A stretch of DNA of 63,944 nt, the filler included, from Octopus bimaculoides (lineage: Eukaryota): NCBI RefSeq assembly GCF_001194135.2. It is 7 parts of 6 records of this genome, joined end to end, with 100 filler letters (N's around TTAATTAATTAA, not from the genome) between each part and the next. Parts side by side here need not be neighbours in the genome. Positions count along the whole stretch, not along the records: positions 39,015 to 45,846 come from NC_068983.1; positions 45,947 to 59,437 come from NC_068987.1; 5 more parts are not named here. The stretch is one strand, 5' to 3'. The position numbers and the translations under genes were made by a program. The notes beneath the pieces were generated by a model. The model was not told the origin of the DNA, did not search any database, and worked only from the letters and a program-made list of their open reading frames with translations. Positions 39,352-54,120 of the stretch are shown here, piece after piece (within the stretch, counting starts at the first letter, position 1; every line of letters begins with the position of its first letter).

Positions 39352-39806
39352 GTAGTGGAAATATATGGTCAGTACCAGGCGTTGATGTGGCAGCGTGTAT
39401 ATATTTACTCCATAAAAATATATTTTATTTACTGGTCGATGATGATACATAGAATCAAAATGTAGAATCTAGCTGAATGAAGTAATCTATGCAAGAAAGT
39501 TCAAAGATAGGAAATGTAGAAATAACAGCTAAGTCCTGTGGCGTAGAGAAATAGACGGACAGAGCAATGACGTGAATGACTCTAAGTCTGATCTATTAAG
39601 AAGCAAAGAGCAGGGTTAGCAAGCTAATTTTATCAATGGAGCGCTAGACATTCTAGAAACTTCCAAGAGAAACGCTAAGATTCATGAATAATTAAGAATC
39701 ACTTCTCATGACACAGATGCTTCGAGAACGTAGAAAGGGAGGTTACTCTATAATCTTTCTTGCAAGGGAGATCATTTAAGTATGTAGCTACCGCTATATA
39801 TGTATG

Positions 39807-40115
39807 TTTTAAAAAATAACGTCGACCACTAACGTGGACAATTAATGCGCTAGAAATAGATCACATCTTGTGTCTATTAAGACCTAAAAAGTTCTCAACA
39901 TGAAATATAGCAGCATACCAAAAACGTGAGCGGGCAAGACATTTAAAATCACAATAATGATTTTTTTAGGTGATTTTAAATGTCTTGCCCGCTCACGTTT
40001 TTGGTATGCTGCTATATTTCATGTTGAGAACTTTTTAGGTCTTAATAGACACAAGATGTGATCTATTTCTAGCGCATTAATTGTCCACGTTAGTGGTCGA
40101 CGTTATTTTTTAAAA
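39807..40115. repeat. Perfect inverted repeat, 146-bp arms and 17-nt loop
   Basis: 39807-39952 is the exact reverse complement of 39970-40115 by manual comparison. Confidence 0.95.
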
Positions 40116-43099
40116 TGTACCTTAATCCCCTGAGATTGCAGATAATATTTCTGAATCTCTTTGATTCTTTAAATGTGCTGGCCCCCTGATAATTAATCGA
40201 TATTAATTAATATATTAATATATGACTAATTACCAGAACTTATAATAATAGCTATATATGTATGTGTATGTGTATGTGTATGTGTTTGTGTATGTATGCA
40301 TGTATGAATGTAAGCAGCTTTGTAAGGTCACTCTTAGTGCTGTTGGTAACATGTAACCCAGTACACAGCTTATCGTATGGTTTGGTAGTTGGCGAATGAA
40401 CTGACAACTTTACCAACCCTACTTTGCAAGGAGGTTGTTTTCGTTGGAGAACCTGCAGGATAAAACAAAAATGCCTGTCAAAGGAAGGATGAACTCAGTA
40501 GAGCCAACGGCACCTAATCTTTGTTTAAACATCTATATTAAAGGAGGAAATACTGAAATAACACCCTATTCATTGCGAAGCCGGAGATCTTGGTCTTGCT
40601 TGTTTTTGAACTACTTGGTTTTGTAGGTGGGTCTTAGCAGTGTTGCGCAAGCTGTTAATGGCTTTTAATTTCAGCACAAGGCATTACTGATAGCAGCTAT
40701 CTTCAACATCTAGGATAAGATAATTTGTCACAGAAGGCCTTACTTGTCTAAGAGTTGAAAGCCACCATGTATGTATGTATATATGTATGTATGTATATGT
40801 TCCTTCTCTTTCTCTTTTTAACTTAGAGTAAATTTTGACCGGCCACCTACTTCACAGCAAGATTATGAAGGAAAGTATCGTGTTTAACCATCATCCCTTA
40901 AATCTTGAGAAGGTCTTGGAGACTATTATAGTCCCAGATAGCGTGAACATTTGTAGTATATGAATTAAGGATTTGCATTCTCTGCATGTATGTATGCATG
41001 TATGGTAGGATGGCTAGATAAATGCTTGGATGCAACAGTCGTTTTCCTATATTCTTGGTACTTTATGTTTGGTGATTGCGTACAGTGGACAGACACTGGG
41101 GTTAAAGAACAACAACAACAACAAGAGGGATTTGAATTAAGAATGTAAGGCATCATGCCCAATGTTCTTACAGTTTCATCCATCCACCGCCTTTAGAAGT
41201 GGCACTTCATTTCATCATCATCAGCAGCAGCAACAACAACAACAACAACAACACACACACACTCACACGTGAGTGTATATTTACTTAAATAAGGAACACC
41301 CCTTTCAAGTATATAATATTGTGGAGTGGACTCCATTCGAGGTACTTTTTAAGTTTATTCATAGTTCCTCGTTGGACGTTTATGTTTAGTTTGCAACACT
41401 AGTTTTCAGAAGCACTCAGATTCAACCTGTCACTGACAGGCAAATTTAGCAGCGTCTTGTTTGCCCACTTTGCAGTAGTTTGCAAAGGATCATGCAAATG
41501 GAAAAAAATATCATGATTAAAATCGTTATCGCTGAATTTAAGGAGTACTAATAAATGGAAAGTTAGAAGTCTTTGTAATGTAGAAATATTAATATCTACA
41601 CAAAAAGATATCTTTTTTTCTCAACATCTTAGATCACATATTAAATTCCACTCCTTAATTTCGGCACAAACTTCAAAGGAAATTATTGTCGGAACATTAA
41701 AAGTGTCAAACTCGAATTGCTCCATCAATCTCTCGAAACTCTTAGTGATAAAATTACAATAAAAATTAAAGATAAATTGCAAGATTTTTTTTCAGATGTG
41801 AAGGTGATAAACAGAGATATAAACACAACTAAAAAGGCACTTAACAAGAATTTTAAACCAGCTCTACAGGAAATGAACATTAACGATAAAATTGCAATGT
41901 GTAAAAAGGCAATAAGAATAATCTGTTTATTATGAACAAAGATGAATACATTACTAAAATCAACATCATTGTATATGATAATATCAAATTTATCGAAATT
42001 GAAAAGACTGAGCAATTATAAATCAAACACTCGAAATTTATTAGCGCGGCAAATACGCGTACGTAGAGAAAGCGCTTAACATTAGAAGTACCAACATGAC
42101 CAGCATTGAACATTTTTTATTTAATTCAACTTGTTTTTAATATAAGCTAATGCAGTGAATAAAGGATTTGAAAATAGGGTCTCTTAGGATCAATCGAAAA
42201 AAAAAAAATTACGCACGAAAATATATATGTACGAAACTATGCTCTTAATTATATATATGAAATATAGACATATGATATATATATATATATATATATATNN
42301 NNNNNNNNNNNNNNNNNNNNNNNNNNNNNNNNNNNNNNNNNNNNNNNNNNNNNNNNNNNNNNNNNNNNNNNNNNNNNNNNNNNNNNNNNNNNNNNNNNNN
42401 NNNNNNNNNNNNNNNNNNNNNNNNNNNNNNNNNNNNNNNNNNNNNNNNNNNNNNNNNNNNNNNNNNNNNNNNNNNNNNNNNNNNNNNNNNNNNNNNNNNN
42501 NNNNNNNNNNNNNNNNNNNNNNNNNNNNNNNNNNNNNNNNNNNNNNNNNNNNNNNNNNNNNNNNNNNNNNNNNNNNNNNNNNNNNNNNNNNNNNNNNNNN
42601 NNNNNNNNNNNNNNNNNNNNNNNNNNNNNNNNNNNNNNNNNNNNNNNNNNNNNNNNNNNNNNNNNNNNNNNNNNNNNNNNNNNNNNNNNNNNNNNNNNNN
42701 NNNNNNNNNNNNNNNNNNNNNNNNNNNNNNNNNNNNNNNNNNNNNNNNNNNNNNNNNNNNNNNNNNNNNNNNNNNNNNNNNNNNNNNNNNNNNNNNNNNN
42801 NNNNNNNNNNNNNNNNNNNNNNNNNNNNNNNNNNAACATAGTTGTTATTTTTAGCAGAATAAGTGAGAATGTTGAGGTTTCCTTGTTGGTCCAATCTAGC
42901 AGGATAAATGCATGATAGAAGTGCTTTCAGGGATTTTGTACAGGGCATGAGTTATCTTTGAGTAAAGAAAGAATATTTATGCTCTTTCTAATACTGGTTG
43001 ACCTACAGTTCTTATTGAAAGCCAATATACATACATTTGTTTGTGAACCGCATATATGAGTGCTTGAGAGAGTATGTGCTTAGTATAAAATCAGTGAGC

Positions 43100-43210
43100 A
43101 GGCACAGTCGTTAGCACGCCGGGTGAAATGCTTAGCGGCATTTCATCGTCTCTATGTTCTGAGTTAAAATTCTACCAAGGTCGACTTTGCCTTTCATCCT
43201 TTCGGGGGAT
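43100..43210 (+). mobile_element. tRNA-derived SINE, 3'-truncated
   Basis: gttagcacgccgggtgaaatgcttagcggcatttc..ttctgagttaaaatt..gtcgactttgcctttcatcctttcggg. Confidence 0.8.
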
Positions 43211-43241
43211 TTAGACGACAGCTTATTCACCGTACCCTGTA

Positions 43242-43289
<48 letters not shown>

Positions 43290-43331
43290 TGTCTGTCTCT
43301 CTGTGTGTATGTGTACACACACACACACAAA

Positions 43332-44228
43332 ACAAGGTCTGATCAATAAGTATCCAGACTGTTGCCATAGTAACGAAGCTAAAGCACGCAAAGTAAAGCC
43401 GCTTGACAAAATTTGATCTTAAACTTGGCTGTGCATGCGCACTAAGTTTTAATGTTCTAGCTCAATTCCGCTGTTTACAGCAGTGCTTGGTAGGAAAGTG
43501 TGTAGCTAGTGATCGTCGCATTGACCATGACAGAGAAAGTTGTCATGGTGATACCTACTCAGAGACCTACACAAAGTTGCAGAAAGAGTATGGAGAAGAG
43601 TGTAGGAGCTGCACGCAAGTGTACGAGTGTTTCAGATGTTTCCAAGATGACCGAAAAACGTCGATATTGACGAACGTTCAGGGAGACCCGCAACTAGCAG
43701 AACTGAAAAAAACATCGCAGATATGCTTGCAGCTGTGAGGCGAAATCGTCGAATCACCATCCACGAACTATCAGAGGATGTGCAGCTTAGTTACGGTTCA
43801 GTTCAGTCCATTATCACTGAAGGTTTGGGTATGGGACGCGTGTCTGCCAAGTTTGTGTCAAAACTGCTTTCAGCTGACCAAGAAGACACCCAGGTTCCAG
43901 TTGCACAAGATCTCCTTGATTGTGTTGAAAACGCTAAAAACTTTTTGAAAACTTTGCGTAGGCTTCTGAGCAAGCATCACCAAGCTTTAGGCAAAATTTG
44001 ATGCAGATTCTCAGCTCAACTTTTTCTGTGATGGCCAATGCGATGATCACCTGCTACACACCTTCCTTCCAAACACTGCTGTAAACAGCGGAAGTGAATT
44101 AGAACGTTAAAACTTAGTGCGCATGCACAGCAGAGTTCAAGGTCAATTTGTGCTCAGTGGTTTCACTTTACGTGATTCAGCTTTCTTACTATGGCTACAA
44201 TCCGGATACATATTGATCAGATGAGGGA
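43332..44228 (+). mobile_element. Non-autonomous mariner derivative, copy B
   Basis: Same TIR as copy A; internal KLQKEYGEECRSCTQVYECF, RRNRRITIHELSE..RVSAKFVSKLL; right ~270 bp is an inverted copy of the 5' end. Confidence 0.85.
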
Positions 44229-45005
44229 TCTTTATATGTATATCTAAATATAAATGTATACACGCACGTACACATATATATGTATATATATTCACATACA
44301 CATGTATATGATATATACACATGCAAAAAAATATTTATGTATATACGTGAATACATATACATATATACATACACATGCATATGTCACATATTTGTGTTCG
44401 TGGGTATGTATTTGTATATCTACTGGTGTATTCCTTATTCTTTACATTGTATGTGTTTTTGAAAGATTCATTACGGATATGTATCAGTATTTTAAAGATA
44501 GCTTTACCAAAAGCAACTTCTTTGGCGTGGAAAACGAGTGAAGTTTTCCTGTACAAAAAGAATGAAAAAAAAAACAAAAGCAAAACGAAAACTCTTACAG
44601 CAAGTTGACATATACGTTGACATCACAATAAGTCATAAGGTACAATCACAAGAAAATAATTCGACATAAGTTATACATGCCTACATGTAGGTGACGTTGA
44701 TGGGGACAAGATGAAGCATATAAGGATAAGCGTTTGACAATAGTAATAACAATAACGGCAGCAACGAATTAGGGGCAGCATGGATCAACATGAAATGCAC
44801 GCGTGACAGATTTGCTGAACCTTCAGCGAGGTTATTTTTTGCTGAGATGATTTGCAATATAATTATTTTAGTAAGTGTCTGTCTTTCCGCTTCTATGACA
44901 GTCTTCTTTCTTTCGGAATATTCCTAAAGAATATACATATATCTTTACTTCCTGCGTCCCTCACTCTCTCCTGCTCTCTTCTTCCTTATATATATATGTG
45001 TTATA

Positions 45006-45047
<42 letters not shown>

Positions 45048-45099
45048 CATACATACATATACTTATGTATGTATTTGTGTATGAATGTATAAGTACGTA

Positions 45100-45148
<49 letters not shown>

Positions 45149-45800
45149 CTCAGTCTGCCTGTCGTTCTCTCTCTCTCTCTCTTCCTCTCTCTTCCTCACT
45201 CTCTCTCTCTCTCTCTCTTTCGATATAGATAGATAGACAGATACATATATTTATGCATGAATAATACTTATATGTATATATATTCATTCATGTATGAATG
45301 TATTTATGTATACGGATATGAATGGTTGTGTGCTATACATGTGCTATAATTATATATAAGTAAATATCAGCTTCTTCGTCTCAACACAGCAATGTCTATG
45401 TCCATAATAGCATTTATATATTAAAATCTTACATATGGATGTACATACATGGAATTACAATCACAAATACATGCACCCATAAATACAGAGGAATGTGTAC
45501 ATTCCAATGAATAACACGTATATATATGTACATACATAGATACATACACATAGACACACACACACACGCACATACATATATATATACGGAGTAATAACGT
45601 ATATGTTTGTGTGTATAGATGTGCTTGAGTGACGGACAGTGTGTGTATAAATACCTATCGCATTATACATACGTTTACATAAAATGAAGTGTTGCGAATA
45701 CTTGTCTCAAGCAAGATCCGTTGTTTAAAATAATATTTTATGATGTTTCATAATCTCTTTTTGAGATATGGCAGATATATAGCGATACAATCAATACATC

Positions 45801-45846
<46 letters not shown>

Positions 45847-45946
45847 NNNNNNNNNNNNNNNNNNNNNNNNNNNNNNNNNNNNNNNNNNNNTTAATTAATT
45901 AANNNNNNNNNNNNNNNNNNNNNNNNNNNNNNNNNNNNNNNNNNNN

Positions 45947-46007
<61 letters not shown>

Positions 46008-47177
46008 ATTAGTTATCATATTCTTCTGTAAAAAAGAAATAGCATATGCGAACAAGTCACTCAGTGTAAATAGAATGTAAGGCATCTTAAAGTGCTTTTG
46101 CATTTGAAAATTTATTCTACATTTGTATTGCACTACAAGCATATCTGAGAATACTTATTTCTGAGCCTGAGTCTTGTTTGTCTCTTTAAAATACTTTGCA
46201 CCAGCAGACAGTATACTTTCAGTCGACCTTCACTAAGTAACAATCGTAACTATCTCATTGTTAAGACATTTAATGCTTAGACTATTAACAAAATAATTTT
46301 GGAGAAATACTCGATGACAGAAAAACGGCATTAGTAAATAAACTATAGTATTTTCCAATACTATCTCGTACATTCTTTATATGTTTCAACTATTTCTCCT
46401 TGGTAAGTACAGTGAAGTTCTATGCTTCGCTGATATAGTTTGAATAACATTGAAGCGTATCAGAAGTCTTTAAACTCTTTATCAAATGGACATTTTCAGC
46501 TTCTTTTATCTGTATTTGTACATTCATACAAATTTCAGAGTTTCTATTTCAATGAATTAGAAATGAAGAAATGTATGTCCCCTTTTCATATAAAGTCATA
46601 TATGAATACAAACATACATACATACATACATTCATACATACATACACACATGAATGCATTCATTTATATATGTATGTATATTACTCGCTCAAACTACATT
46701 TTTATAGAAGTTTGTTTTATTCTTCCATTCAGGATAATTTGGTGATAAGTGAAGTGCCACAACATAGATATTAATCTATGAATTTCTTTTACATTATTCC
46801 ATCTTTATGTCTTTCAAAATCAGTAATACTTAGACTTTTTTCACTTTTCACTGTCTTTCGGAAAATACGAGTACTAATATGAATTAGCTAAATTCTTCAA
46901 GTGCAAGAATAAATGGTACGAAACAATACTAGACCGAAAATGAGAAAGTAAATACATTAGCAATATTACAATCAGGACTCCAGCAATGACTCTTATTGTT
47001 TTCCTGGAAGGCATGTTAATGATTATACTATACAGTACTTTTATGAAATCAGGTACCATAAAAAGTTTTTATACTATTTTATCTGCATTGTTTTATCTTT
47101 CAAAGTGTTTTACTTGTTTTGTGGATAAGTGCCCGTCACATCGCACCAACTTCATAGGTAACTGTATTAATGTACAT

Positions 47178-47579
47178 CAAAGGTTCTCAACCCATTTTGG
47201 CCAAAGGACCCCTTTTGATTCTTGGAGTCACAAATGCCCAACACCCCCCACCCGAAAATACTTTTATCTTTCAATATAATTGTTATTTTAATATCAGCAG
47301 ATAATGATTAAAATATGAAGGACGTCATTTTACATATGTGCTTGTACGTAGTCAGGAGTACAGATGTACAAACTGAAATGCAAAAAAATAAAACCAAAAA
47401 CAAATAAGGAATTGAAAGTTTGGTAATTGCATTTATTTCCACCACGCGACACTGATGAGATCAACGTGTTGTCTATTGAAAGAGTACTCTTTGGTACAAG
47501 GGAGTTCTTTTGCTCCAAAACGCCCCTCTCGAGCTCCCCCTACGGGGAGGGGACATGTGGACCCAGTTGAAAACATTTG
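47178..47579. mobile_element. Possible hAT-type MITE
   Basis: caaaggttctcaac (47178-47191) versus reverse complement of gttgaaaacatttg (47566-47579), 12/14; ggacccc subterminal motifs; no TSD detected. Confidence 0.45.
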
Positions 47580-48212
47580 ATTCAATGTTTGCGACGAGAA
47601 ATCACTCTATAAATACACACCAACTGTAAATTGACACGACAAACCTTTCAAGGTATATGATGCTCGATGTCTTAAAATGTTGTGCTATTTGCATTCAAAT
47701 CTTAGTTGTTTATTTATAAGAAATTTGTTTTATGCTTTGTAATTGAAAAAGCAAGGCTTTAATAGTCTGGTGAAAAATGTGAAGAAATATTTTATATCGA
47801 AATAATACATGGCCTTACATTTATTGAAATATATTAATTCCATTTACACCGTTATCGATGATTTAGGTAAACATAGAGAGTATGAACAACATAGAAGCTA
47901 TGAACATAGGACTACCGCAGCGGAAACACGTTTCAATAATACTAAAAATAAAATGTTTTCTTCTTTTTTGAATTGCCTACATTTCTATATTCATTGTTAA
48001 CGCCAGACTAGATATTTTTTTATGAATTTAGCTTACAATGTAAATACAACTAAATAAAATATTAAGAAATATAATATATAAATAATATATATATGCATGT
48101 GTGTGTTTGTGCGTGTGTGTGTATGTGCGTGTGTGTGCATGTATGGATAGATATATGGATGTATGAATGAATGTATGTATTATGTGCATACACTTATATA
48201 TGAACAAATACA

Positions 48213-48257
<45 letters not shown>

Positions 48258-49596
48258 GATGCGTATGTGCGTGTGAAAGTAAGATCAAAAGATAAAGGTG
48301 TACGAGATTGTAAATTTCGAGCAGTACATAGGAGGTATAAAAATCATTATTCTAGTGTATATTTTTATTTTTTATTTTTTCATAATTTTTTTATCGTTTT
48401 ATTTTTTTCTAACAGTTTTATCTCCTTATGCTTTCCTTCTGTACAAGAGAATATACAAGCGCTGACGTGTGGACAAACACCTGCTTGGCACTACAGGCGC
48501 CCAAAGAAAATAGGTGCATGCGCGCTAATATGCGCTTATATAGTTTGAAAATTAAGGGATAAACCACCAGCTTATCTAGAACTAATATGTTCCCCCTACT
48601 GACCAAAAGCATTATTTTCCATCTCCCACTCTTTCACCCCACTCACCTAACATATTCTAAAATGATACAACTCCTACATCTATTTTTCTGACTGTTTGAT
48701 TAATTGAGTTTAGAGGGTTTCAGATTATATTTACTTATTTATTCTACAGTAGTCCAAGTAAATGTCCCCAGCCTATTTTCACAGACATTCCCCTAGCTTC
48801 AACGACACCAATATTTTCCCCCTACTTGACACCCTGTCTTTTTCTTTTTCGTATTCTTATTCTTCTCCTTAACAAGTTTAGATTTTTACCCACTTTTCAC
48901 AAATATGTTTTTCCTTTTCTTCTCTAACTCTGTGCTTTCTACGCATTTTCGATCGAATCACTTGCGAGTTAACATGGAATCCCTTGATAACAATGTAAAC
49001 TTCATTTGATTAAGATAGTTTGGCCGGAAAAGTAACTAGCGGATTACCCCTCGTTTAGGCAATTACGACTTCTGAGGTTCTTCTATCTATGAAACATATG
49101 TAGGCAGGATTTCATCTTCTCTATTCCTCAATTTTGTATATATATATATATATATATATATNNNNNNNNNNNNNNNNNNNNNNNNNNNNNNNNNNNNNNN
49201 NNNNNNNNNNNNNNNNNNNNNNNNNNNNNNNNNNNNNNNNNNNNNNNNNNNNNNNNNNNNNNNNNNNNNNNNNNNNNNNNNNNNNNNNNNNNNNNNNNNN
49301 NNNNNNNNNNNNNNNNNNNNNNNNNNNNNNNNNNNNNNNNNNNNNNNNNNNNNNNNNNNNNNNNNNNNNNNNNNNNNNNNNNNNNNNNNNNNNNNNNNNN
49401 NNNNNNNNNNNNNNNNNNNNNNNNNNNNNNNNNNNNNNNNNNNNNNNNNNNNNNNNNNNNNNNNNNNNNNNNNNNNNNNNNNNNNNNNNNNNNNNNNNNN
49501 NNNNNNNNNNNNNNNNNNNNNNNNNNNNNNNNNNNNNNNNNNNNNNNNNNNNNNNNNNNNNNNNNNNNNNTATACATATATATGTATATATATATG

Positions 49597-49666
<70 letters not shown>

Positions 49667-49682
49667 CACACACATATATAAA

Positions 49683-49719
<37 letters not shown>

Positions 49720-50529
49720 CAAGCACTCATGCACATTAATATATAAACATATATACATACGTGTATGTATGTTTTAAATATTTGAAAAAAATTCAATGAA
49801 AATAAATAATTATTTTTAGATAATATGTTAGAATATTTCATACAAAATTACTGTTGCGTTATTCATTTTTGAAAATACATTTATTATAAGATTGAAAGAT
49901 TTTTGAAATTATTTTTTAGCTCTGTACACTTCATTTGTCATCTATTTATCATAGCTATACACAACAATGAAAGTAACCACCATAAGTTACTCTGGTATTT
50001 GTTTGAACTATTCTTTCTGCCATTACTGTGTAATGTTTGCATCGCTGATCAATTTGGGTCTGACTTTTCATGTTTTATACACTATTGTATTGGTTCCATA
50101 CAGGAAATTAATTGATATTCATTTGATTCAAAATTTGTAGCCCAATATTGATTTTTGTCATTTCATCTCACTTCAACGTTTTTTTATTTCTAGAATCATT
50201 GTTTTAACGGCTCACGTTAAATCACTATTGTATAAAGTAAAATATTTTTTAACATCCATTTACATACTTATGGATAGGCAGAAACAGACATGTATATATA
50301 TATATATATACATACACAAATACACACATACACATATATATGTATGCATATATATATATATATATATATATACATACATGCATGCGTATATATAAATATG
50401 TATATATAGATATACTGTTTGATGTCGGTCTCCGTCGTGGAACAACGAGGATTTAGTCGCTCGTTCTACTGAATAAATGTGGGACTGAGTACTGCAAAGA
50501 CACGTGTATTCTTGATGTAATCCTTAGGC

Positions 50530-50745
50530 AGAATCAGTGACACAGTAATTATGCAGCTGTCTCTTTTGACTTATAGGTATAATCCAGCTGACGGGCTTCA
50601 ATACAGTTTCCGTTCACCCATTTTCACTCACAGAGCATGGATGGACTTGGGGGTAAATAAAATGATACTTGCCCATAATGCTATCTTGCCGGATTGAACC
50701 CAGGACATTGTGACTGCGAAGAGAAGCCCTTACTCATGTAACTAT
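50530..50745 (-). mobile_element. Diverged tRNA-derived SINE
   Basis: Reverse complement has B-box-like gggttcaatcc and acagtttccgtt..cactcac similar to the second SINE family. Confidence 0.55.
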
Positions 50746-52833
50746 TCTGTACCTGCATACGCATACATACAGACATACGCCTTCACGCATACATGCACAT
50801 GCATGCTTCTCTCTAACTCTCTCTCACACACACACAAACACACACAAACACACACATATGGAATAACATAATATATGAGTATAGCGACAAACACAAAATC
50901 AAGCATGCACAAATATTATATATCATATAATATATATGTACAAAAATAAACAAAATCAAACATACACATATATACCAGTAACTCTTTAAATTTCGAACAG
51001 AACCATATCCGTGAAACTTGTTATAATAAATCATAAACAATAATATCGTGTAAATTCTTTTGACTCTGACATTACTCTCTCATGTTAAAGGTGAAGTCGT
51101 ATACATAAATTTTATTCAATGTATCACTCTCTTTTCAGCAATTAAAATTTCGAAGCTAACGGAACGTTTGAGATAGAGACAAAGTATCAGATTTATATTA
51201 TATTCAGTCTGTAAGAGAAACACCTTGTCATAATTTATGAACATACATGACAAACGTCGTTTAGGAAAACGACGTTTAATTTGTCGGACAATTATCTTTG
51301 TCAGTATATTATAATTTCTACTGAATTCTTTGCTTTAAAATAATCCCAAATTTCATATAATTGCTACGTTCTGCATAAACAACGCAGGTGACGTAATTTT
51401 TACATGTAGTGGAAAGCTAACTGATGCATGTTATTTACACGTGTTGTTTACACATGTCATAAGCTTGATAATCCTTATATATTTAGTTACTCCACGAAAT
51501 TTATACAAATACACGTACATACACACATATAAATGAATAAATAAATAAATAAATAAATAAATAATAATGATAATAATAATAATAATAAAACTGGAATTTA
51601 TAAACACTTAATGCATCGCTACGGGCGTCTCCACAAATCACATGTCTCTTAAGATCACAGACTATATTCCTGGTATGATAACTGTGTATTCCGTAGTATT
51701 CGTGGGCATCAGATTGATCATTCTTCATGGATTCATTTCTTCAAGCGATATAACATTAACGGATGTACAACAGAGGGATGCTTCTCTCTTTTTACCGGTA
51801 TGAAGGCTCAATAAGTTATATCGGTACAGCTCAATGCAGCCACAAAATACTGGTTCGCTAGTCACCATCATTAGACTGTTGCCAGCATAATAGAATAGGT
51901 GCGTTATTTGCATATCCAAGACATTTCATGTGGAAAAATTTAGAAGATATGCATATGTATGGTTGTGTGTGTGTGTGTGTAACACAAATGGAGGCTCACT
52001 ACAGCTGTTTCAAACGTGTTTTTTATTGAAGAAATCAATTACATCATGTAAAGAACCGTTTTCTTCAGCTGAATTATAATTAAAATAAAATTTAACTTTT
52101 ACGATTTTTTAATTTAAACATTTAGTTATAATATGATGTAAAACGTTTCGCCGTATTTTTCGTCGCTCGAAACTGCAACCTGTTAACGGACAAAAGATTA
52201 GATGTAGTAAAATTCTGTGTCGGTGAACAGGTTGCCGTTTCGAGCAACGACTATTTTGACACAATATTACAAATAAATATATTAGTCAATAGTTTTCGTA
52301 TGTTTCTCTATGGTTAAATAATATCTTTCGTGNNNNNNNNNNNNNNNNNNNNNNNNNNNNNNNNNNNNNNNNNNNNNNNNNNNNNNNNNNNNNNNNNNNN
52401 NNNNNNNNNNNNNNNNNNNNNNNNNNNNNNNNNNNNNNNNNNNNNNNNNNNNNNNNNNNNNNNNNNNNNNNNNNNNNNNNNNNNNNNNNNNNNNNNNNNN
52501 NNNNNNNNNNNNNNNNNNNNNNNNNNNNNNNNNNNNNNNNNNNNNNNNNNNNNNNNNNNNNNNNNNNNNNNNNNNNNNNNNNNNNNNNNNNNNNNNNNNN
52601 NNNNNNNNNNNNNNNNNNNNNNNNNNNNNNNNNNNNNNNNNNNNNNNNNNNNNNNNNNNNNNNNNNNNNNNNNNNNNNNNNNNNNNNNNNNNNNNNNNNN
52701 NNNNNNNNNNNNNNNNNNNNNNNNNNNNNNNNNNNNNNNNNNNNNNNNNNNNNNNNNNNNNNNNNNNNNNNNNNNNNNNNNNNNNNNNNNNNNNNNNNNN
52801 NNNNNNNNNNNNNNNNNNNNNNNNNNNNNNNNN

Positions 52834-52898
<65 letters not shown>

Positions 52899-52975
52899 AG
52901 CAGGTATGTTGGTGAAAACAGGAAAAATAGAATTTAAAATATGAGTATAGTTATATTTTTATTACTATCTAGCAG

Positions 52976-53038
52976 AAGGTCCGAGTGTTTCGTACGTTCG
53001 CACTTGATGAGTGCCAACGCACGAAACTCTCGGACCTT
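52976..53038. repeat. 29-bp-arm hairpin containing a partial hammerhead-like core
   Basis: aaggtccgagtgtttcgtacgttcgcact / agtgccaacgcacgaaactctcggacctt, 3 mismatches, 5-nt loop. Confidence 0.85.
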
Positions 53039-53699
53039 GAGTCACTCTATATGCGTATGTGTATATATAAAGATAGTTTTTGGTGCAATACAGATATTTA
53101 GATTCCATAGTTAGTTATTTATTCTCATATTCGTTGAACTCCCTTACGTTCTTATTTATATTAATAAGTATTTTGTTACTGCATGCTAATTTTTCATATG
53201 GCAAATTTCTTATCGCAAGAGATAAGTTGAAACTTAATATTGCTTTTGTCTCCTAACTGAATTCGTTTCATGAATATATTTCAGAATGCATAGAGATCAA
53301 ATATCCTCATTCCTCTATTTTATGCATTCCACACCTTGTACCGAAGCCAGAAAGCATTTTCCATCTGGCGTGATATGATTTTCATTCTATTTCTCTTCAG
53401 AGAGTAAACGTTACATATATTGTTGTTACCTAACACAATCTCACCCCTGAGTTTGGGCAAGCATTTTCACTCATAAACTTACCATCTATTACCTGGACAT
53501 AGTTTATGTAGGATTACATTATCCTATGTTATTCTTTTTTAAACATGTGGGGTGTAATTAATCGAAATTTTGAACTTACAGAGTGAAATTTGGAGGAGTG
53601 TTTTAATGAGTGAAGTGTGACTTGAGGGAGATATGGCTCCAAATTTTAGTAGATAAAACAAAACGTCGAGCTGTTGACAAAGTTTCGCTCGTGTCCATC

Positions 53700-54120
53700 C
53701 TTCCATTTCTTTCCTCCAATACTCACTGAAGAATCGTGGGAGTTGGGTACCTCTTCCGTAGAGTCCTATCGGAAGCAACCGTCATTACAGTTTCTTGCTG
53801 CAATCCCAGACGCGATCGTCTGATATTATGGATATTATTCAACCATCTCGTTCTTGGTCTACCCCTAGGGTTCCTACTGGTTGACTAGGCTTGAAGAATC
53901 CGTTTTGTGATCCTTTCCTGCGACATTCTAATCACATCTCTAAGTACCGGCGCTGTGACCTCTCAATGCGGAGAAATAGCGGCTCGACCTGGAGAAAAAT
54001 CCTGATCTCCGAGTTACGCATTTAGTCGAGGAATGTTACTCCAGAGATCTTTCGGAAGAATCTTATATCAATCGCTCGCATTCGCGACCGTATCTTTCAG
54101 TCACTACCCAACATTCACGA
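53700..54120 (-). mobile_element. RTE-like LINE 3' fragment
   Basis: VIRMSQERITKRIL..RNPRGRPRTRWLNNI matches the RTE C-terminal HVxRM..RGRPRxRW pattern. Confidence 0.7.

Noticed and set aside
41528-41670. Weak ~17-bp inverted repeat (gaatttaaggagt / actccttaatttc)
   Set aside because: Short, imperfect and AT-rich with no TSD; could be chance.
51500-51920. Non-repetitive ORFs as candidate host exons
   Set aside because: Short, in different frames, with no recognisable domain or convincing splice context.
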